Shown here piece by piece: positions 33,416 through 44,352 of a DNA stretch of 64,000 nt. The translations under genes were made by a program, and so were the position numbers. A model generated the notes under the pieces. The model searched no databases. It saw only the letters and a program-made list of their open reading frames with translations, and was not told the origin of the DNA. Source of the stretch: Emiliania huxleyi CCMP1516 (taxonomy: Eukaryota); the NCBI RefSeq assembly GCF_000372725.1, contig NW_005201287.1, positions 1,023,081-1,087,080 on the forward strand, written 5' to 3'. Positions within the stretch are counted from its first letter, which is position 1. Each line of letters begins with the position of its first letter.

Positions 33416-35143
33416 TCAGTCCGAGTCGGACAGCTCGCGCGTGAAGAGCGTGCTCGACGGGTGGAGCCCCAGCTCCGACAGCGAGGAGCCGCGCAGCTCG
33501 CGCCCAAACTCCTTGCGCGGGTAGCTCGAGGCGAGGCCGAACTCCTCCCCGTCGGGGTCGGACGCCTCGACCCAGTCAACCACAGCCTGCAGCGGCGCCT
33601 GTCGCAGACGGCGATGCGTCAAGAAGCGCTCTCCCTCCTCCCACTCCCCCCCCCCCNNNNNNNNNNNNNNNNNNNNNNNNNNNNNNNNNNNNNNNNNNNN
33701 NNNNNNNNNNNNNNNNNNNNNNNNNNNNNNNNNNNNNNNNNNNNNNNNNNNNNNNNAGCCTCGGGAGGGAAGGGGCGGATCAACGGTCGACAGTCCGGCA
33801 GCTAGACCGCCAGGGAAGGACCGCCGGACCCCGCCGCAGGCTCCGCCGGGAGGCAGTCCGCCTTTGCCAGCCGCGCCTCCCGCCGCGCCGCCGCCGCCGC
33901 CTCTGCGCCAGCCGCCTACGGGCGCGCCGTGGACATGTCCTGGACATGTCTCGCAAGGCTCGGAGCACCTGGTTGGGCCAGCCGCCTCGGCCTCGGCAGC
34001 CTCGGCCGCCTCGGCGGCGGCCCTCTCGGCCTCTTCAGCGGCGGCGGCGGCGGCCACCTCTGCCTCCTCCCGCGCCTGGTCCTCTGCGAGCGCCCGCTCG
34101 TACTCGCTCGCTTGCTCCTGGGGGGGGAGGGGGAGGGGGAGGTGCGCCGTGCGCCTTGCAGGGCGGGGAGGGGTGGGTCGCCCGAGCGCCGCTCGCTCCT
34201 GGATGATTGCCCGGTCGACCGCGCGCGCCGTCAGCTCCTCCCGCGCCTCCTCGAGCAGCGGAGCCCACGTCTGCAGCGTCTCGGACAAGGCGGCGACCGT
34301 CCCGTCCACGTCGCGCAGCCGCACGCCGGCAACCTGAGCCAGCGCCTGCGCGCCGCGACCCCGGCCGGCGCCCTCGGCCTGCGCGAGCACGACGAGCGTG
34401 GGCAGCTCGCGCGGCCGCAGCGCCTGCCGCACCGCCCGCCCGTCCGCTGTCGCGTCATCTGCCACCCAAAAGACAAAGTTTTCGTCCACAAACGCGGCAA
34501 AGAGCGCATTCGCAATCAGCTCGTCGCAGGTGGAGGCGGCGGCGGGGTGGGCGGCGGAGTGGAGGTAGACGAGGCAGAACTTGGCCTCCCTCCGCGCTCG
34601 CGACAGCGCCTCGGAGCAGCTCCCGCGGAAGAAGCGCGGGTGCGTCTCGCCGTGCAGCTCCTCAAACTCGGCGGTGAAGCGCGCGGCGGCCTCGGCGGCG
34701 GACTCGCGCGGCGGCGGCGCCAGGAAGCCGAGGAGGCGCAGCGGTGTGAGGAGGAGGAGGTCGGCGACGGGGAGCACCAGCGAGAGCAGGCCGGTGCGCT
34801 GAAGCAGCCGCCCAAGGCCGACAAAGAGGAGGCGGAGGTGAGAAAAGCCCGGGAGGCCTCCGACGTAGCTGAGGAAGTCGAGCACGCCGGCGCCGCTACC
34901 GGCGGCGGCGGCGGGAGGCTGGCGCGCCGGCGGGCGCGCCGCCGGATCGCCGCCGTCACCGTGCGCCTCCCCGCCGCCGCCGCCGCCGCCGCTGCGCGCC
35001 GCAGCACTGCTTCCGGCGGCGCTGTCCTCTTGGTCGAAGTGGAGCTGGACGGCAACCTCCAGGTTGCCGCCCGCCGCGTCGAGGAGCGACTGGCTCGCCT
35101 CCTCGCTCAGACCCGTGATGGCCGCGACTTCTGAGGCCGCCAT
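33416..35143 (-). CDS. UBX-domain protein (UBA-like + UAS + UBX; FAF2/PUX10-like); introns 34118-34198 and 33916-33985; gap 33657-33756
   Basis: AAITGLSEEASQSLLDAAGGNLEVAVQLHF; HPRFFRGSCSEALSRARREAKFCLVYLHS; FVDENFVFW; SSYPRKEF..SLSELGLHPSSTLF. Confidence 0.88.
   Translation of the reverse strand: MAASEVAAITGLSEEASQSLLDAAGGNLEVAVQLHFDQEDSAAGSSAAARSGGGGGGGEAHGDGGDPAARPPARQPPAAAAGSGAGVLDFLSYVGGLPGFSHLRLLFVGLGRLLQRTGLLSLVLPVADLLLLTPLRLLGFLAPPPRESAAEAAARFTAEFEELHGETHPRFFRGSCSEALSRARREAKFCLVYLHSAAHPAAASTCDELIANALFAAFVDENFVFWVADDATADGRAVRQALRPRELPTLVVLAQAEGAGRGRGAQALAQVAGVRLRDVDGTVAALSETLQTWAPLLEEAREELTARAVDRAIIQERAALGRPTPPRPARRTAHLPLPLPPQEQASEYERALAEDQAREEAEVAAAAAAEEAERAAAEAAEAAEAEAAGPTRCSEPCETCPGHVHGAPVGGWRRGGGGGAAGGAAGKGGLPPGGACGGVRRSFPGGLAAGLSTVDPPLPSRGXXXXXXXXXXXXXXXXXXXXXXXXXXXXXXXXXXGGGEWEEGERFLTHRRLRQAPLQAVVDWVEASDPDGEEFGLASSYPRKEFGRELRGSSLSELGLHPSSTLFTRELSDSD
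33657..33756. other. Assembly gap
   Basis: Run of N. Confidence 1.
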
Positions 35144-35564
35144 CGCGCTGTTTCGCGAAAAATAATACCGGCGCCGCGTGGCGTGGAGCGGTTGAGCATC
35201 CCTCCGGGGGGGGGGCTCTGCGCCGGGAGGCGTTCTTGGAGGCTAAACCCCTTTTTAAATTCGGGGCCGACTCCGCTACGCTCCGACCCGAATCGTCTGG
35301 TCGTCGTCTCTTAACAAAACATCGTCTCTTTCACTTTCAAACAAAAACTTTCTCTCACTTTCTTCTCGAATTTGGAGAGAGAGAGATTTTTGAAAACCAA
35401 CAAGATTGGGCTCGGCAGACCAACAAGATTGGGCTCGGCAGCTTGAATTTGGAGGGCCTAAAAGTTAAGGTGTTGCTTCAAAAGGGGCTAGTGCTAGAAA
35501 AGAGGTCGGGCAAACAACAATATCAAACAACAAACAGGTCGCAGCGTGTACCTAACGCGCTCCG

Positions 35565-36700
35565 ATGGCACCTACGCCACGTGGGGTGGGGCGCTACCGA
35601 CCGAAAGCTCGTCGCAGGATGCAGAGACGAAGGCCCTCGTGGAATGCGTCGAGAGAGCCAGCAAGGGATAGACAGCGGAGATCAGAGCCGACTCCTAGTA
35701 TTAATCGACAGCAGACCGGTTGGCCAATCGGTGGACGCAGCATGGAAGGCGAGGAGCCCTCAAGCTATACGTGCGAGGCCGAGGAGAGAAGACATGGGGT
35801 CCCGTACCATGCGGAATCGACCCTATCCGGTGCTCAAGTGCTCAAGACATGGAGCAGATTGCGCTTGCGAAATGAGACAAACTAGGAAGCCTCAAGCTCC
35901 TCTGGATTCCGAGTCACGTAGGAATCATCCCCAACGCCTACGCCGACGCGATTGCCGACGCCCACCGATTCGACGCGCCCAAGGACACATACCCGAGCCC
36001 CGGGTCGTGTCTCGTCAGATACGCGAAGCTCGAGAACGGCAACCACGGAGCAGGACGGGCGAACGGAATCTTCTCCACGACAGCCGGGGCGCGACCGGTG
36101 CACACGACCTGGCCAGAGACGGCGTCCAGAGGTGGATCGCCAAGCGATTTGGATGCGGGTTACGACGACTCCGGCGATTGGAGACCCAGAGACTTACCTC
36201 GACTCGACTGGGACAGAGATTGGAGACCGAATCTCGGTGAGGCCTGGCGGGAGGCTAGCAAATGGACAGCAGTCATCCGCATCTCCAGCTCGGGTGGCGA
36301 GGGCCAGCACAGTTCCACAAACCCCTCTGAACTCGGAGCCGTAATGATGCTGCGGGCGGACAAATTCCCCATCGCGGTCGCCCTCAAGGAATGCCCCATC
36401 TGCAGCACCGCGTGGGACGAGCAACCCTTCGCGACACTACGCCACGTCCTTCGGGAAGTATGGGGACAGATCTTGGACGCTGGCGATGCAACCTCAGACA
36501 TACTTCACGGTCACGCCGCAGAGGAGGCGGCGAGGAAGAATGCGCTCGCCGCTCGGTATGGCAGGCCAGACGATAGAAAGGAGGCTGCGCGGAGAGGAGG
36601 GGGCGGAGGCCAGCGAGGAGCAGGAGCGGAGAGCGAGCGGAGGGGACGAGGAGGAGGGAGGGGCAAGTGACAGACCAGGGAATAGAGGGCGCTGGCAGAG
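35565..36700 (+). mobile_element. Degenerate non-LTR retrotransposon fragment (RNase H C-terminus + zinc-binding motif)
   Basis: Frame from 35891 reads LKLLWIPSHVGIIPNAYADAIA (RNase H end) and later CPICSTAW..ATLRHVL (zf-RVT-like). A frameshift/stop lies near 35875. A second copy of 35796-35846 is at 38107-38159. Confidence 0.7.
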
Positions 36701-37087
36701 GCGGAGGTTCAACCGGAGGAGCGCCACAAAGGAGGCGCAGCGAGCGGAGGAAGCGGCGCCAACCAGCGACGACGTGGAAATGGAGAGGCAGCTCGAGGGG
36801 GAGGCGGATCTCTCAACCGCTGGCGGCAGGCCTCAATGCGGCCCGGTCAGCGACGACGAGGACGAGATGAGAATTTGCGACGCCTTCGACGAGGTGGGGA
36901 GGGGTCCAACTCGATCCGCCCGGCGGCACAAGGGGAGGCGCTCGACGACGAGGCGCCAGCCGCGATGGCGGCAGGCATGCGCGCCAACCACCCCCGGTGT
37001 TTTGACACCATTATTTGGTATATTAACCTTGCGGCCGCCTAGATAGACTGAAAGAGGTAGACACCACAGGAGGCGAGGCCACCGCTA

Positions 37088-37098
37088 ATGCTGCTGCT

Positions 37099-37143
<45 letters not shown>

Positions 37144-37230
37144 AGTGCTGCCGCCACTGCTGCTGCTCTCTCCCGCCCCGCCCGCCCTCCCCGCCCCGCC
37201 CCGCCCGCCTGCCCACCCGCCCGCACGCCC
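37088..37230 (+). repeat. (GCT)n followed by CCCG-rich tract; similar block at 63304-63392
   Basis: The same order of motifs appears at both loci. Confidence 0.6.
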
Positions 37231-38781
37231 TCCTTCCCACCAGTCGCCCCACCCCTCCGCCCCCTCCAGATCGCCCTTTTCCCAATCGACAAATAGGCGC
37301 TCGATTCCTCCTCTCGCTGCCTACTCGCTGCCTCGAGGGGAGGAGGGGAAGATGTCGAGCGGGCGCCACTGCGCTAGCACGGCCGGAGGCCCCTCCCCGA
37401 AAGGCAAGTATTAGACCCACGAAACCGAGACCGTCCCCTCCCCACCGCCCCGATGCCCCCACCCCCCTGCTCCCCTCCCCCCCTCGGGAGGGCCGAAGAG
37501 AGGCGCCCGTGGGGACCCCGCAATTCCCTTCCCCCCTCGGAGGGGGCCGGACGGAGGCGTACCCCGAGGGCCCCGCTCTTTCCTTCGCATAGCGGCCACT
37601 CTTCGGATCGCTGGTCGAGCGACCCGGGGGATGCCCTGCGCGCCTGACCCAGGCGCGAGAAACGAATCTGCGAGGCGCGGCCGCTTATGCGGCCCGATGG
37701 GGAGGAGTGGGGCGGACTACGGGGATCGGCTTCTTACACCGCCCTCCCTTGCAGCGAGCCCCCTCCAACCCACCGGCGCTAGGTCCCGGGGGACGCAGGG
37801 GTCAGCCCCGCGCGACCTCGGAAACTAGCCGGGGCAGTCGGAGAAGGGGCAACTCCGTGCACTGACGGTCGGCCGCCAGAAAACACGCCTGCGTGGACCG
37901 CGTCACACCAATGCTCGCTACCCAACGCGGCCAAAGCATATCCACCTCGAGAACCTCGAGAGAGACAGGTCGCAGCTCATGCTAAGTCCTAAGAGCTAGA
38001 CAGCTAGAGAGAACAACCACCCTGTCCCCCCATTATTGCGTACACCAACACTTTCCAGAAAAGCTCTCTCTCTCCTGGGTGGCAGGTATTGGTGGAGACG
38101 ATCCGAGGGGTCCCGTACCAATGCGGAATCGACCCCTATCCAGTGCTCAAGTGCTCAAGCGTGGCGGCGCTTTGCTTTTGATTACTTTGCCGGCCCCGAA
38201 TCGTGAGCGGAGCTCCTCCCTCAAGCTCGATCACGCATGCACGTTGAGTGACTACGGCGGCGAGCTGCTCAATCAGGCCAGGTTGCCGGAGGCGGAGCAC
38301 CTCCAACTCCTCCTCCGAGAGCCTCCGTGCTCCGAGTCAGACACGACAACGGCGACTGCCGCCCCCCCTCGCCCCCTCCATTCGTCGACTGCGCCCTCTT
38401 CTCCTCCATTCGCCGCCTGAAGCAGCGGTCTTCTAAAAGAAAGAAAAGAAAGAAAACAGACAACCAAGGGAGGGATGGGAGGACGGCACGCCGCCACCAC
38501 ACAGGGATTTTAAGGAGAGGAGTGTGGTGCTAGCCGTCGCCCACCCTAACCCTTGGTGCTTGGTCGTCTGCCTCTTTCTATCTCCCTTCGCAGTCCCTCG
38601 CCGATTCTCGCTGCAACCTTCATGCGTCTTCGCGGTTTTCTTTTCCAGGGTGCACGGAGCTAAGACCTAAGTGCCTCGCCACCCTCGCAGGAGTCGCTTA
38701 GGCGGCTCCCGTGGTGTACCTGTGTTAGAGTTAGTGCCAGTGCGCGCCAGTCCCGTGCCCAGTGTTGTGCGAGGGAGCTTT

Positions 38782-39192
38782 AAGAAAGAAAGAAAACAGA
38801 CAAACCCAGACGAGGGATGGGGGAGGAGGACAGGGTCCCCACCTGCACGAGCAGGATTTTGGAAGGACGATCAGGGGGACAGGTGGGGCTCTCCTGCTCC
38901 TGACAAGGGACACGACAGGTTCGCAGCGCGGTGCACGGTGGACTCCCAACTCCACTGGCGGTCTCATCTCAGTCTAGCGACCTGCCTCCAGCTTCCCGCT
39001 GGCAGTCTCTCACTACCACAGGCACACTGACACAGGGGTGGCAGAGGGGCGGCGGCACGCTTTAAGAAAGAAAGAAAGAAAACAGAGAAAGCCAGACGAG
39101 GAAGGGGGAGGAGGACAGGGTCCCCACCTGCACGAGCAGGATTTTGGAAGGACGATCAGGGGGACAGGTGGGGCTCTCCTGCTCCTGACAAG
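38782..39192 (+). repeat. One and a half tandem copies of the 4943-5207 repeat
   Basis: Direct sequence identity. Confidence 0.9.
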
Positions 39193-39352
39193 GCACGCTT
39201 TGTTGTCAATGAAAAAATTGTTTTTGCGAGACTGCCCGCCCCCGCAAGAGGTGCGCTTCTGATCCAGCCCACCCTCAACGCGGGCAGAAGATACAAACAC
39301 CCAACGCGGCCAGAAGATATCAACCTCGAGAACCTCGAGGGAGTGCTGCCGA

Positions 39353-40240
39353 ATGCGGACCGCCCTCGCCACCGAGGTGCACCGCAGCGACTCGACGTCC
39401 AAGTTGATATCGTCGCCCTCGCGCTCCCTCACGCCCGACCTGCCAGAGACGGAGGACGAGGCCGCCTGGCTCGGTGCGGAGGATGCGGTGCCGGGCTTTC
39501 TGAGCCCAAAGACGAAGCTCGGATGGCTGCCGCAGCGATCTGTGACAGTGGCCTTCTCGTGCCTCGCCTTCTTCGCGCCCTTTCTCTGGGGCGCTTGGCC
39601 GATGTGGCCTGTGCAGTGCGCGCTCTCTCTCCTCAGCGATTACGCCAGGCCGCCTAGATGCGCGAAAGTGTGAGGTCGCACTGTGGGCGCGCACTGCGTC
39701 TGCGAGCGCACTGCATCGGCCGCGCGCGCGCTCGTCGCGTGCGTGCGCTCCTCGAAGCGGCCGCCCTCATTGTCCGCAGGTGCACACGGGGCAGGACTCG
39801 TGGTGGCACGTCGCGGACCGGCTGCTGGCGAGGAGCCTGTCTGTCTTCATGATTTGTACCTCCCTCGTCTCCCTCGGCCTGTGGTGCACGGTCGCCCTCA
39901 TCGCGGGCTCCTTCTCCTTTTACGGCATCTCGGTCCGGGCGATGTGGAGGCAGGACTACACCACTTATGTCTGGGCGCGCCGTCCCTCGCACTGCCCCCG
40001 CGGTCGGCGCCAGAAGGGCCTCCCGCGCTCACGCCGCGCCCGCGCTCGCCGCAGGCGCACACGATGTGGCACCTCGCCGCGGGCGCCTCCAACTCGGTCA
40101 TCATGGCGAGCGTGTGCGACGCGTCCCTCTCGGCGCAGTGCAGGCCGCGCGCGTGGCTCTTTGGCTACGTCAGCTGCAGATGTTTATCGTGGAGGCCGCC
40201 TGGGGAGGACCTAGCGACGAGCTCCACCTTTGAGTTCTAA
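39353..40240 (+). CDS. Hypothetical multi-pass membrane protein (SDY..H..DR and H..WH motifs), two introns
   Basis: Exons join as ..LSLLSDY|VHTGQDSWWHVADRLLAR..TTYVW|AHTMWHLAAG via GC-AG introns (~39643-39779 and ~39975-40054). Confidence 0.6.
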
Positions 40241-40682
40241 CCTTGTCAATGGTAGAGAGAGAGAGAGAGACCGGGTGAGAGAGCGTGCTCTTGACAGAGG
40301 AGAGTGACGTCGACTCTGAGCTGTCGTGTGTCAGTGAGCGCACGAGATGGCAAATTACGTTATACGTAAAACGAAAACCTCATCACATGGCATGGAATGG
40401 GGCGGCGAGCGCGCGCGTCAGCTCTCACACACTCAGCCACTCAGCTCTCACCACGCCCACACTACACACTGCGTCACTCTGGGAAAACACGACCGCTCTC
40501 TGAAACGTGAAAGAGCGGTGAGAGATCGATAGAGTAGACGGAATATCTGGGCATTGCTACTTTGCTGCCCGGCCGCTGCCTCCCTCCCCGCTGAGAGTAG
40601 CCGAATGCTAGCACGCCCGGGGGGGGGCGGGGGCTCGGGCGGCTCGACTATACATCGACGACGAGTACTCGAGGAAGGGTTC

Positions 40683-42728
40683 CTACATGCGTCGAGGTTT
40701 GAGCGCCGGGTCGAGCGACGCCCACACGTGCTGGTAGGGCACGCCGGGGGCGAGCCAGGGGCGGAGCAGCGCGCGGACGCGCCGCTCCTGCTCCGGCTCG
40801 GTGCGGGGCCCAAAGGCGAAGTCGACCACAGAGACCGTGGCGGCGAGCATCGAGGCCACCCGCGCGTCGAAGGTGAGGGCGAGGCACCACCGGAACTTGA
40901 AGAAGGCGAGGGGGCTGGCGTCGGCGGCCTGCTCCCACTTGTCGTGCCGCACCGTCACGCGGCCGTCCCTCTCGATGTCGACGGAGACGCGCCACTCGCC
41001 GCGCAGGTCGCGGTAGCGCGCGAGCGAGTAGACGGAGCGGTGCAGCGCCTTGACGGCGGGCGCCACCATCGACTGGCTGATGCAGCGCAGCACCGCGAGG
41101 GCCGCGCTCGTGGGCGGCAGCCAGGGCTGGGAGAAGAGGGCCTGTAGCTTGTCGGGCAGCTCGCCCTCCGCCACGGGCACGGCCTCGCGGAGCCAACCGT
41201 CCCAACCGTCGCAGATCGCGGCCGACACGGCCGGCGGGTCGAGCCTGCGAGACAGGCTTCCCAAGAGCTGGCCGAGGCAGGCGAGCTGCGAGGCGGGCGA
41301 CTCCCGCCAGCGGCCGTCGTCTTCGTACAGCGTCTCGCCGCGGGCATGGCACCGCACGGCTAGGCCCCTCATCAGGCGGGGCAGGTCGCGGTGGACGCAC
41401 TGTTCGCCGAGCGGGCGGCGCCAGAGGACGTGGTACTCGAGGTGCGGCGGCAGCAGCGGCCGAAGCACGCAGACCAGCTCCTCCTTCGCCGCCGCGTCGA
41501 CCCCCTCGGCGCAATAGTCGCAGATCTGAACGCGGGCCTGTCTGACCGCGCCGAGCGAGGCGCCCAGCGAGAGGGAAAGCTCGAGCTGGAAGAAGAAGCT
41601 CGTCGGGCCCGAGGCGCCCGCCCTGCGCAGGGCGGCGGACGCCCACACACGGTGGAGCACAGAGACCCCCTCCTCGATGCTGACCTGCATCGTCCAGCTG
41701 CCGCCGTCCAGAGACGCGGAGACGCGGTCGCCGAAGAGCTCAGAGGCGGCCTCGAGGGCGGGCACCAGCACGCGCGGATGTGACCAGCGCATCAGCTCCG
41801 CCGTCCGCCCGCCGACGCCGCACACGGCAATGACGTCTGGAATGGGCGACTCGATCTCGAGCACAACTTTGGCCACAACCTTTTCGAACACCGCGGGCGC
41901 CTCCCCAAGCCGGCGCGCGATCTCGGAGAGCACGTCCGACAGCCCGGCCGCCCCGCCGGCCGGATGCCCATGCGGGGGCGCCTCGTGCGCTGGGCCTCTC
42001 GGGGCGAGTGAGACGGTGGGCGCGACGAGGCCAAGTGGGCTGCCCTCCAGGAGGTCTGCAATACGTGCGGTTCCCAGCGGAGGCTCGGTCTCGGATTGGC
42101 GGCGCAGCCGCTCCTTGAGCACAGCGCCCACCCACGCCGCCGCCTCTGCAGCGCTCGAAGCCCGCAGCGTCAGCTGCCGCATCCCCGTTACTTGGATGAT
42201 AATATCGCTCGGGGAGCTTGTGCTCGGGAGGACGCTCTCCACAGCCGAGAGAGCGAGGCACCTAGCGTTTAGTAGCGAGGTGGCTCGCTTCTTTAAGAGT
42301 TGCTTACTGCCACTGCTACTGCTGCTAGCGAAGCACCTGGCGGCCGCGTGGGGCGTGGAGTGGTGTGCGATGACGAGCGCAGACGGCGTCAGGACGATGA
42401 AGCGCTTCTGCCACCCAGCAAGTCCGTGGGAGCGCTTTTGCAGCCAGCCGCTACGGACCGTTTCTCCGTCGGAGAGGGACGCGGCCGCAGCGGCCGCGGC
42501 CTCGAGCGTGGCGGCACGCACGCTCCCGGGCGAAGCCAGATCGGCTGAGTCTCCTCCTTGGTCGCCAGCTCGGGCCTTGCCTCGGGCGGTAATCTCGTGC
42601 AGCAGAATCCCGCGAGCCATGGTCTTGGCGCTCGGATCGGTGGCGGGCGGCACAGGTCTTAGGGAGCGGCCAGCCGATATCTCGGACAGTAGGTCCTGGG
42701 AGAGCGACCGGCGACGCTCAGAACTCAT
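40683..42728 (-). CDS. WH2 + PH-domain protein with a C-terminal domain resembling the glfB-like C-terminal domain
   Basis: DLLSEISAGRSLRPV (WH2); RSGWLQKRSHGLAGWQKRFIVL..LRASSAAEAAAWV (PH); QCVHRDLPR..LRCISQSMVAPA..WRVSV..HDKWE..FKFRWCL. Confidence 0.7.
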   Translation of the reverse strand: MSSERRRSLSQDLLSEISAGRSLRPVPPATDPSAKTMARGILLHEITARGKARAGDQGGDSADLASPGSVRAATLEAAAAAAASLSDGETVRSGWLQKRSHGLAGWQKRFIVLTPSALVIAHHSTPHAAARCFASSSSSGSKQLLKKRATSLLNARCLALSAVESVLPSTSSPSDIIIQVTGMRQLTLRASSAAEAAAWVGAVLKERLRRQSETEPPLGTARIADLLEGSPLGLVAPTVSLAPRGPAHEAPPHGHPAGGAAGLSDVLSEIARRLGEAPAVFEKVVAKVVLEIESPIPDVIAVCGVGGRTAELMRWSHPRVLVPALEAASELFGDRVSASLDGGSWTMQVSIEEGVSVLHRVWASAALRRAGASGPTSFFFQLELSLSLGASLGAVRQARVQICDYCAEGVDAAAKEELVCVLRPLLPPHLEYHVLWRRPLGEQCVHRDLPRLMRGLAVRCHARGETLYEDDGRWRESPASQLACLGQLLGSLSRRLDPPAVSAAICDGWDGWLREAVPVAEGELPDKLQALFSQPWLPPTSAALAVLRCISQSMVAPAVKALHRSVYSLARYRDLRGEWRVSVDIERDGRVTVRHDKWEQAADASPLAFFKFRWCLALTFDARVASMLAATVSVVDFAFGPRTEPEQERRVRALLRPWLAPGVPYQHVWASLDPALKPRRM

Positions 42729-43212
42729 TGTGGAAGCCGGCGTCGGAACTACCGCCAAAACAGGTTCCCGACCCCCGCTGCGCACCACGCGCGCTCCGGC
42801 GCGTGGGTTGAGATCACCCCCGGCAGCCCTAGCCAGGCCCCGCGCGCTGGCCGCGACCGCGACCGCGGCTCTCGCTCGAGCCCGAACTGCCCGTCAGACA
42901 TGTCGGACTTGTCGGAGAATAGCGACTAGCACACCTCTGTCAAGAGTCCCCAGAAACCCGAGGAGTCACTCAGTCCACCTGTGTGATGCACGCCGCGAGC
43001 GGGGCGGGGTGGCGGGGTGCGCACTCTGGTGGTGGTGCCCCCGTCTGTGACTGTGTTCGTGCGTCGCCCATCTCTCCTGGAGGTGGCTGCTCTATTTATT
43101 TATTCGGCACACGCCATGCTCCACGTGCACCTCTCTCTCCAACACGGGGCCGCACCCTCTCCCTACACACCACCCACTGATGCACACGCACGCGCACACG
43201 TACCCCGAGAGA

Positions 43213-44352
43213 TCACAGCAAGCCCACAACGCCAACCGTCTCGCTGGGCTGGGGCCGCCGCTGCCTCCGGTTCCGGTGCCGCTTGGCGGCGAGCGCGGCG
43301 GCGACGGCAGCGGCGAGCACCGCCAGCGGGAGGAGCAGCAGGGTCGCGCCGGGCGGCGGGGCGGCGGCGGCAGCGGCCGGCTCGGAGCGCTGCCAGTAGG
43401 GCACAAAGGGGATCGGGAGGCTGAGCACGGCCCAGCCCGGGTGGGGAAGCGCCGCGTGCGGCCAGTCGTGCCACGCCGCCACGCCCGCCACCACCCCGCC
43501 GCCCACACAGCCCGGCGCGCAGCCGATGCCGCCCGCCGCGGCGCCGCCAGCAGCGCAGCCCGCCATGCACCCCTTGAGCGCGCCTTGGACGGTGTCGACG
43601 ACGGTGGCGTCCCACTCGGACATGTCGGCGCCGCACGGCCGGCCGCAGCAGAGCCCCACCGACGAGACCGCGGCGATCGCGGTGGCGGCCATGTCGCACT
43701 GGTGCGACCGGTTGAGCAGCAGGTCCTCTGCGTCGCACCGCTGCTGGCACTCGATCATGCTGTGGTCGCAGCTGCTCGTGTCGTTGGCGAGGCCGCAGCA
43801 GCGGTCGTGCTCGCGGCAGCAGCCGTCCGCGCAGAACGCCGGCTCCACCGAGAAGTTGCAGGCGAAGTGGTCCCGCGGCCCGTACCGCTCGCGCACGGGG
43901 CTGCCGCCGCACCAGCGCACGCCGCAGTAGTTGCCGCACGCAGTGACGCCCCACCAGTGCATGTCATCGGGCTCGCTCACCAGGTCGACTAGGTCGACGG
44001 TGAAGCGCAGCGGGCTGTCCGGGTCGAACGGTGGGAGCGGCGGCGGCGGCGGCGGCGGCGGTGGGTCTGGCGGCGGCGGAGGAGGAGGCGGCGGAGGCGG
44101 CGGCGGCGGAGGCGGTAGAGGAGGGTCGGGCGGCGGCGGCGGCGATGGTGGCGGCCGGGGTGGCTGCGGTGGAGACGGAGGCGGGTGCGGAGGATCCGGC
44201 GGTGCAGGTGGCCCCGGCGGCGGAGCCGGTGGCGCCGGCTGCGAGGGTGGTGCAGGCGGCCAGGGCACATCATCGCCGCCGAGCAACCACGTCCCGAGCA
44301 TCGCTGCCCCTGAGACGGCCGCAGTGGCGAGGGCGAGCTCCAAGACTACCAT
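43213..44352 (-). CDS. Secreted phospholipase A2-like protein with a Pro-rich stalk
   Basis: Ca-loop CGNYCGVRWCGG and catalytic DGCCREHDRCC (His-Asp); N-terminal hydrophobic segment; SPPPP linker; C-terminal Gly-rich hydrophobic region. Confidence 0.75.
   Translation of the reverse strand: MVVLELALATAAVSGAAMLGTWLLGGDDVPWPPAPPSQPAPPAPPPGPPAPPDPPHPPPSPPQPPRPPPSPPPPPDPPLPPPPPPPPPPPPPPPPDPPPPPPPPPLPPFDPDSPLRFTVDLVDLVSEPDDMHWWGVTACGNYCGVRWCGGSPVRERYGPRDHFACNFSVEPAFCADGCCREHDRCCGLANDTSSCDHSMIECQQRCDAEDLLLNRSHQCDMAATAIAAVSSVGLCCGRPCGADMSEWDATVVDTVQGALKGCMAGCAAGGAAAGGIGCAPGCVGGGVVAGVAAWHDWPHAALPHPGWAVLSLPIPFVPYWQRSEPAAAAAAPPPGATLLLLPLAVLAAAVAAALAAKRHRNRRQRRPQPSETVGVVGLL

Noticed and set aside
35796..38159. 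LTR pair
   Set aside because: The direct repeat is only ~50 bp, lacks TG..CA ends and lies in RNase H coding sequence.
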